NCBI GenBank assembly: GCA_010405405.1
Contig: MU004231.1
Location: 400,934 to 420,933 of the forward strand
Reading direction: 5' to 3'
Length of the DNA: 20,000 nucleotides
Source: Microthyrium microscopicum
Lineage: Eukaryota
This document shows, in pieces, positions 12,000 through 20,000 of this stretch. Numbering within the stretch: the stretch's first letter is position 1; each line of letters opens with the position of its first letter. The notes under the pieces are model-generated. The model was not told the DNA's origin. It did no database searches and saw only the letters and a program-made list of their open reading frames with translations. Made by a program: the position numbers and the translations under genes.

Positions 12000-13700
12000 T
12001 AGTTAATATCTTTTAATATATCCTAAGAAAATTAACTTAGTATCCTTAGCTTTAATTATATAGCTCCTACTCTTAATAGTTTAGCTTTAGAAGAGCTACT
12101 ATTATATTTACTATACATCCTCTATAATACTAATACTACTATTCTTATTTGCTAGACTTTAGCTAAGTCTTTCTATTATAGAGATAGCACTTCTAATACT
12201 AATTTAGTCTATTTATTACTAGCTACTTATTACTATTAACTAAGAGATTACTAGATAGGCTCTACGTACTTACTATATATTAATATTAAATTATAGAATT
12301 AGATAAGTAAGTTCCTTAATACTTATTAAGTTATTACTTATATTAGATACTTATATTTATTATCTTACCTTCCTTAAAACCCTTACTCTCGTTATACCTT
12401 ACTTTATATTAGTAGAAGGTAACTTCTTCTTATAGAGATTACTATCTATTAGAACTATAATTTCCTTACCTTTTTCTATATATTTAGTTGCTATAATAGC
12501 TAATATTAATACTCTAGCCATAATTACTAACTATCGTTACTCTTAGCTATTCTAGTCTACGTCCTTCTATTAATACTACGAGTTCCTAGCTTCTATATAC
12601 TCTTTTAATATTACTAATGCCTATACTTACTACTATTACTACAAAAAGATAACTATTTTTATAGATATTATTGCTATTTATAGTATATTAATTATAAGGT
12701 TTCTTTAGAATATTACGCTAGTAAAGGCTATTATGTTATATAATAATAGTTATATAGTTATTTACTATTTTAGCTTAGGTTATATTATAATCTATAGCTA
12801 CGCTAATTGCTCTTACTTATTTCTTACTAAGTAGGTAGCTATTTAATTAAGTTATTATCTATAAAACTCTTCTACTTATCTATACCTCTATTACTTCTTT
12901 ATACTACTCTTTAACTCTCTATTAGAGTTCCTTACTCCTTTTAAGAGTAAGGACTTCTTTATCTTTATTTACTTTAATTACTTATACTACCTACTATATA
13001 TTATAATAGTATCTTATATTTAGCCTTATATTAAAAGACTATAAGTTCTACTATGCTATATCTATTTAAGAACTAACCTTATTTACCTAGTGCTATTAAC
13101 GTAGACTCTTGTCTACTAACCTTTAAAGTAAGGATCTCTTATTTTTTATAATTTACTATTACTTAGCGCTTCTTTCTACTACTCGCGCTAGGAGAGGCAA
13201 TTCTATTTTAGTCTTTAGCTATCTATTAGCTTAGTAATAAGAAAGCTATAAGTTCTATCCTATAATTATATTCTAATAACTTATACTTCTATTTAGCTCT
13301 ATAGATATATACTTGCGTGTATTTATACTTTTCTAGCTACTTAAACTACCTAATAAATTAGTCTTTAGTCTTTATAATTTTAGAAGAGAAGCTATTAATA
13401 TTATTAGTTTATAGTTATTATCTAATTACGCTACCTAGGTAATAACGTAGGACTTACTAAGAACCTCTTAACCTTTAAATCTTAATATAACTTTAAACTA
13501 TAATAATAACTTTAAGTACTATACTCCTAATAACTAACCTATAATTTAAATTACGTCTATTATTAGTACTATACCTAGCCTCTACTTCTAGGTTTACTTC
13601 TACGTACTTCTTATCGTTTAGAGTATTTAGTAATTCTATAAGTAGAACTTCTTCCCCTACGTAGTATAGTCTAAGTCTTAGACTAAAGCTAATTTTAATT
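12000..13700 (-). pseudogene. RIP-degenerate ORF remnant, unknown function
   Basis: Minus frame around 13,150-13,680 reads as an acidic protein after de-RIP (..YVGEEVPLMELPDALNDEKYVEVNLEVEAG.. and ..ASPSASGRKKR..). Stops are TAA/TAG. No family recognised and the limits are uncertain. Confidence 0.35.
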
Positions 13701-16700
13701 AGCGTAGTTTTATTCTTATAGCACTTATATTATATTATTATACTATCTTTATATTAGGCTAAGAGAGAAAGTATTAAGAGATACTTATACGTATATAATA
13801 TTAAGCTAACGTTAATACGCGACGTCTTTTTAGTTAGATTAACTTACCCTTTTAGCTCTCTACTATAATAGCTATTTATATTACGCTTAGATTAAAGGAT
13901 AATAGCTTACTCCCTACTTAGTAATAAGTAATGATATAAAATCTAGGTAGATAGTTAGTTCGCTAGGGACTAAATAATAGTTAGTATGCTTAAATTAATT
14001 TCTACTACCCTTTAACTTATTATATCTTCTAAGTCTTAGTCTAAATTATAAACATAAGTATATATTCTTCTAATTATAAATTATTTTACTAATCTTTAGT
14101 TAAGACCTAAGCTTATAGTAACTCTAGGTAGTTCCTCTCTATCTAAATAATTTTCTCGTAGGAAGTAATAACCTATTTCGTATATATATAATTAGAAAGT
14201 CTAGTATCCTATACCTAATAATAGACTTATTCTCTTAAATCTTTTAATAGTTTAGTGCTAAGATTGCTAGTATCTTTATTAAAGCTATAGTCTTATATAG
14301 TTATAAGAAATACTATATAGCTAATTAAAAATATACCTAATGCCTATCCTATTACTTAATAGTAGTTCCTTATTCTTAGTCCTAAATTGACTAGCTAGTA
14401 ATAATAAGGTGCGTTAACTTCCCTAGATATTAAAATAGTTAATATACGTACTATATATAGAATAGCGTATACTATAGTTTTAAAGACGTTATTCCTTATC
14501 TACTTGTCTTAAGAAATAAAGAATAGATTTATAGTACTACGCTACCTAGATTAGTTCTAATAATTAATACTAGCCTCTTATTGCTAATATTTTACGCTCT
14601 TTTCCTTAATATAGCTAATCTTCTAGCTATACTTAACCTACGAGGAAGTATATAGTTATAATTATTAGACGTAATTATAGTTAGATAATATCTACTAGCT
14701 CTAGCTACCATTAATATTTAGTAGCTCTAGATTTAGCTTTAGTTTAGTTACTAAGAGTAATATAAGTAGGAGGTAATAACTAACAAGATTCTATATAATA
14801 GTACTTTAAAGGCTTTACTTACTTATTAATTATAGCTAAGGAAGATAATACTAGCTTATAAACTTAAATCTTTCTAATATTATTCTTTATAATTATAACA
14901 TCGTTAAATATATTAAATCTCTATATTATTGTCTAATATAATTATATAGTTTTAGACTTTAACGAAGCGCTATATCTTATATAATAATATAAAGCAAATA
15001 GTAATAAGATTATATATAGTTTATACGTAAGAATATACTATAGGATGTCTTTATCTAAAGAAAGCTAAGATTTCTATAATCTATAGCTACTAAACTATAA
15101 GAGATATTATTAACTTAATAGAGATAAATAATGTATTAACTAAAGTAAAGAATAGGCCTTATAAATTATACTCTTTAATTCTACTATCTAGTTATTATAA
15201 ATAATTACTAAAAGTAATTTTAACTAATATAGCTCTTTTACTAAGAAGTGCTACTTAAAAAGAGATTCTATATAATTACTACTAATATTAGTTAGATAAG
15301 ATACCCTCTATAGTAGTAATTCTAAATAGTAAGTAATACTAAGTATAGATTCTATATTATTATCCTTAATATTTAAAGGTTAATATAGTATGCAAACTAT
15401 AGCTTCTAATAAGAGGTATTGCTACTTTTATATTTCGCGTTATTACTTCTAATATTTAGTAACTAATAAAGAATTTAACGATTAGGCTTTTAATAAATAT
15501 ATTACTAGTAGCGTATTTTATAAAATTACTACTAGTATTAAGACATTAATAAGATATTTAGTAAAGGAACTTTATATAGAAGTACTACTAGATATATATT
15601 TTATATAATTATTACTAACTTCTAGAAATTAATAGAATATTTAGTAAGCGGTCTAAAAGAGGCAATAAGCTAGCTAGTAATTAAACGCAGTTAGCATTAA
15701 TATAAGAGATAATAGTTAACTTAATAATTAATCTTATATATAGCTAGTAGCTAGCTAGTAGTTAAGGATAGTACCTATTATAGATTTATTATTTTGCTAA
15801 TAGAGATATATAAATTAATACTATAATAGGCTTCTTATATATAACGTAGTAATACTAATTATCTAGATAATAAAGCTCTTATTTTAGAGTATAAGGTATT
15901 CCTAAATTAGATATATAGTAGGTTAGAAGGATATATAGTAGGCTAAAGAGAGGAGATAGTTCATTTCTATTTAATTAATTTATAAAAGGAGTTAGCAAAG
16001 TAATCTAGTCCTTTTATAGTAAGGATATTCTACGTTATAATTATACTAATAGTAAATTAGATAAGGAGTTATTTGTAATTAAAGGTATTTCTATAAGATA
16101 GTAATTCTATCTAGTAGGCTTATCTATTATAGTATAATAGCTAATAGAGATATAGTATATAAAACAAGTATAGATATTTTATATTATATAAATGCTAGTA
16201 TAAGAATTAAAGAGTAGTAGTTATTAGAATTTAAAAGGTTATAATAAGAGATCTATACGCTAATATTAATCTTACTAAATCTAGTTAGATAAACGAAGTT
16301 ATATAATAATCTTTTAAGATCTTAGATAATATTATTACTTCTAAGCTAATTATTTACCTTAGTTCTAATTATATAGTTTATATCTTATCTAGTTTCTAAC
16401 CTATTAATTTTTAATACTATATTAACTTCTAATCCTTACTAGTCTTTGCCTCTATATCTTCTATTCTCTATCTTATAAACTACCTCTCTTATTTCTTACG
16501 CTAATATTTAAATTCTATACCCTTACTAATACTTCTACTATTCTCTTTATACCCTTAAAACATCTATCTAATCTAAGTACTACTACCCTCTATACTATCT
16601 TTTCCTTAGCTAATAGGAACTATTAACTAGCCCGCAATAATTATTATAAGTATATCTAGCAAGCTAATAACTATAATAGTATATCGTTATAAAAATATAG

Positions 16701-16732
16701 ACTCTATATAGCTTTAGGAAGAATTATAGAGC

Positions 16733-17081
16733 GTCTCCTATCCTCTAAAATAAGTATATTATACTCCTTATTGCTTATCTTACTAATAACGTAATACTCT
16801 TTACATTATAGAAATATCTATTAGATATCCCACCTTCTAAAATAAGTATATTATACTCCTTATTATCTATCCTATTAATAAAGCAATACTCTTTACGTTA
16901 TAAAAACATTTATTATATATCCTACCCTCTAAAAGAAGTATATTATGCTACTTATCGCCCGTTCTACTAATAAAGTAATATTCTTTATACCTATAAAATA
17001 TTTACTATATCTCCTATCCTCTATAATAAGCGTATTATTCTTCTTATCGCCTATTCTAACAATAAAATAGTATTCTTTACG
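16733..17081. repeat. 92-bp tandem repeat, about 4 diverged copies
   Basis: The anchor (T/G)AAG(T/C)(A/G)TATT recurs at 16751, 16843, 16935 and 17027, exactly 92 bp apart. Each is preceded by TCC(T/C)A(T/C)C(C/T)TCTA and followed by a ..TCTTTA(C/T) segment. Confidence 0.85.
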
Positions 17082-17479
17082 CTAATAGTTATAGTACTTA
17101 TAAAACTAAAACTACGTAATCTAGAAAGGCTTAAACGTTATTAGTACTAGCTACCTAGAATGCTATTAGATATTAACTATATAGTTAGGCGTCTTTATTT
17201 CTTTAAGATATACCTATTATAATATAGTAGTTAGTAATTTACTAATAGAGTAAGTAAAATAGTAATAATTATAAGATGCGTCTATATATAGTAAGGAAAG
17301 ACTAGACTAACTAAGCGTTTTAAAGCTCTAAAGCCTTAAAGGCTAAAGCTTTAGTAATTAAGCGAAGTAGTAACCTCTTACGATAGAGTAATTTTAAGCT
17401 TAATAGTAAGAGCCTACGTTTATAGTCTATTTAATCTCTTAATCTATTAACTTCTCTACTTCTTCTTCTTCTTTATACT

Positions 17480-20000
17480 CTTATATCTAAAGAATACTTT
17501 AAATAACTATAAGATACAATTTCTTCTACTAAAACTTATAATAATAGCTCTAAAGTATATATCTATAAGCTTTAATATTAAGTATACTATAACTACTTTA
17601 AGTATACTAAAAATACCTAAAAGCTCTACTAAAGACCTAATTACCCTAAACTTAAATAAATCCTTATTACTAGAATCTACCTAACAAGCTACTCTAATTA
17701 AGTAGTCTATAAATCTAAACTAAGTACGTTTAGTAAGCTATTAAACTACTCTAATCTAATTACTATAGATATCTCTACCTTCTACTAATTCCTAATTTTA
17801 TAATAAAAAATATCCTCGTTAAGAAATATTAGTATAATTACTATAAACTCTTTAAAAGCCTAACTAGGCCTAGCTAGCTATAGTTACTTCTACTAGCAAA
17901 ATAGCAAATTAACTCGTTACGTTATCTATATAAAGTAATAGAAACTAGACTTTTACTTCTATTAAATAATTAGTTAAAAAGGACGAGAGCTATTATAATT
18001 ATAATTATTTATTAATACTAATTTATAGTAAAGAGGATACTACTATAATAGAAAGAGGTTTTAAATATAGATTTATTTCTCCTCTAAAAGGAGAAGAAGT
18101 ATAGCTAACCCTAGATCGTAAAGAATTACTAATAACTATAGTAAGTTGCTGCTATAATAATACAATACTTCTATATAACGCTTATAAAGGAAATTTATAA
18201 ATTTAGTAAAAGAGGTACTATATAGCTAGTAGCAAAGTAGAAATAGTAAAATAATAAAAAGAAGCACGCTAAAAACGCTAAGTAAGTAACTTAGAACCTA
18301 TTACAAAGAAGGCTACTTATAGTTAAGCACGCGTATATTAAAGCACCTAAGATAATATAATTAATATAGGCTCTATAACTTTATCGCGAAATAATATAAA
18401 GACTATAGTATTACTTAAAAGTTTAATAACTTCTCTAACTTAAGTTATAGTTAAGAAGCTATTACCATCCTCTAAATTATCTACAAGTAAGAAGTTAATA
18501 CTAAAAGTAGACCTTTAGGTCCTAATTCTATAGTTCTTAGAAAAGCAATATATATTTAGTAATATAAAAGTATCTATCTTTAATAACCGCGTTAAAACTA
18601 CTAATATCTAAGTTATATAACTACTCTTCTACTTACTCTAAAAATAGATCTTTAATAATATTAATCTAATAATGCTTTAAGTACTTCTTAAATACTAACT
18701 AGTACGAGGTCTATAATAGTATAAATATTCTACTCCTTAGCTTATAAATATTCTTAAGATACTACCTTTATTATATACTATAATAACATATTGCCTTACT
18801 ACAAATTAGATTAAATATTCTTATTAGCGTTACTTTAAAATTTAAAGTCTTAGTCTATTCTAAACAAAGAATAGTAAAAAACTAATATTAGTATATACTA
18901 TCTATATAATTATAAAAGTTAAGGATAAAAGCATTCTATTTAAGGGTGCCTATATAAATTATATTATAAAAGGATATTATAAGACTTACTCCTTTTATAA
19001 GGATAATAAGTAATTAACGCCTAAGCTACGTCCTAATGTCGCAAAGACTAAAAAGGCTAAGGAGGACTTTAGTAAATTTATATCTTAGTAAATTGCTTAC
19101 CTTATTACTAGTAAGGAAAAATAGAAGTTATAGAAGACTAAATAATACGAGATAGTAATTAAAGGAGTAGAAACTTAAGATATAGCTATTTAAAAGGGTT
19201 TAGTTTAACTAACGACTATAATAATAATTTCCTACAAGATATATATTATTTGCCTAAAGATAGATAAATAATAATTCTTATTTAATCTTTTAAGACTAGA
19301 CTTAGAGAATTTTTATCGTTTTTAATACTACGTTATTACTTGCTAGTAGGCTTATATACCTATAAGCTATTACTAAATTCTATAACTCTACTTATACTCT
19401 TAAAGTATAAGTAATAATATACTTCTTAACTATAAATAGGATAGGTAATCTATAACTAACTATACTATACTTATAAATTTAGATTAGGTAATCTCTATTT
19501 TTAGCTTATCTTATCTTAATCTATAGAGCCTAATTAGTATAGTAGTATATAAGCTATATTAGTAGATTATATCCTAGTTAAATATTCCTTATTTTAGCTA
19601 ACTACATCTAGTAGCGATAGAGCTAAGCTATAGATTATATCTTAAATAACGTAATAGATATAAGCTATCTAATAATATAGTAAAGTCTTTTACTAGCTTA
19701 CTATTAGAATGTCTTAAACTACTACTAAGTAGTAATACTTTTAGAAGTTAACGTTATAAAGTTAAAAAGAGATTTCTAAAATCTCTTTCCTTTAGAATAG
19801 GATAATAGTAGGTTATATATCTAAATACTAGCTAGTCTATATTAGTCTATAAGTTAAACTATTTTATAGATCTACTCTAATTATAATTACTTAGAGCTCT
19901 ATACTAGAAACTAGTAGTACTATTACTCTTATTAGTACATTAATAGCTTACTTTAGCTTAATAGGTAACCTAACATTTAAAGATATACTCTAGAGCTTAT
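17480..20000 (+). pseudogene. RIP-degenerate ORF remnant(s), unknown function, running off the window
   Basis: Plus-strand frame near 18,700-20,000 has long coding-like runs (PKLRPNVAKTKKAKEDF..; after de-RIP ..YKMCIICPK......FHRFQHHVVTCWW..). A candidate start region follows a pyrimidine-rich tract at ~17,450-17,480. Frame continuity not proven. Confidence 0.35.

Larger units (their letters stand above)
3800..20000. mobile_element. RIP-inactivated AT-rich block, probably a large multi-gene mobile element (helicase-encoding, AcademH-like or unclassified); extends beyond the window
   Basis: Abrupt switch to very high AT content with near-absence of CpA/TpG and excess TpA. No intact ORF of 60 aa or more is listed, yet several long de-RIPable reading frames are present. 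RIP targets duplicated sequence, which implies the block was repeated. Confidence 0.75.

Noticed and set aside
12453..12500. Minus-strand AIIATKYIEKGKEIIV, resembling the SET-domain C-terminal motif (A.RDI..GEEIT)
   Set aside because: No NHSC-like motif upstream in frame and no following conserved Tyr; too ambiguous after RIP.
16733..17081. CRISPR array or ankyrin repeats
   Set aside because: Eukaryotic context, whole units are homologous with no unique spacers, and a 92-bp period does not match the 99-bp ankyrin repeat.
17893..17921. TAGCAAAATAGCAAATTAACTCGTTACG resembles the reverse complement of ~3,826-3,853 (possible right TIR)
   Set aside because: The match is short with several transversions, the flanks do not align, and RIPed sequence continues on both sides; probably chance in AT-rich DNA.
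3800..20000. Organelle DNA insertion or alternative genetic code explaining the AT-rich, stop-rich sequence
   Set aside because: Specific loss of CpA/TpG and missense transitions in catalytic motifs (DECH reading as NKYY) are explained by RIP, not by recoding or mitochondrial origin.

Overview
Filamentous ascomycete (Pezizomycotina-type) genomic DNA in two sharply separated compartments. Bases 1 to ~3,800 are ordinary host sequence of roughly balanced GC content. They carry the 3' part of an intron-containing RfeG-like gene (<1..984, +) followed by apparently non-coding DNA. From ~3,800 to the window end (>16 kb) the sequence is very AT-rich, almost free of CpA/TpG and full of TpA, the signature of heavy Repeat-Induced Point mutation (RIP); the ORF track is empty there. 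Reversing RIP by eye shows this block is not a pile of ordinary TE fragments. It reads as a gene-dense relic whose first gene (~4,530-7,685, +) is an intronless RecQ-like superfamily 2 helicase with all core motifs and the Zn-binding module in one frame. After it come a convergent minus-strand gene with a probable intron and a Cys/His motif, further degenerate ORFs, and a 4 x 92-bp repeat array. Best interpretation (inference): one end of a large, formerly multi-copy, helicase-encoding mobile element, either AcademH-like or an undescribed giant multi-gene element. I could not recognise a transposase or recombinase inside the window.
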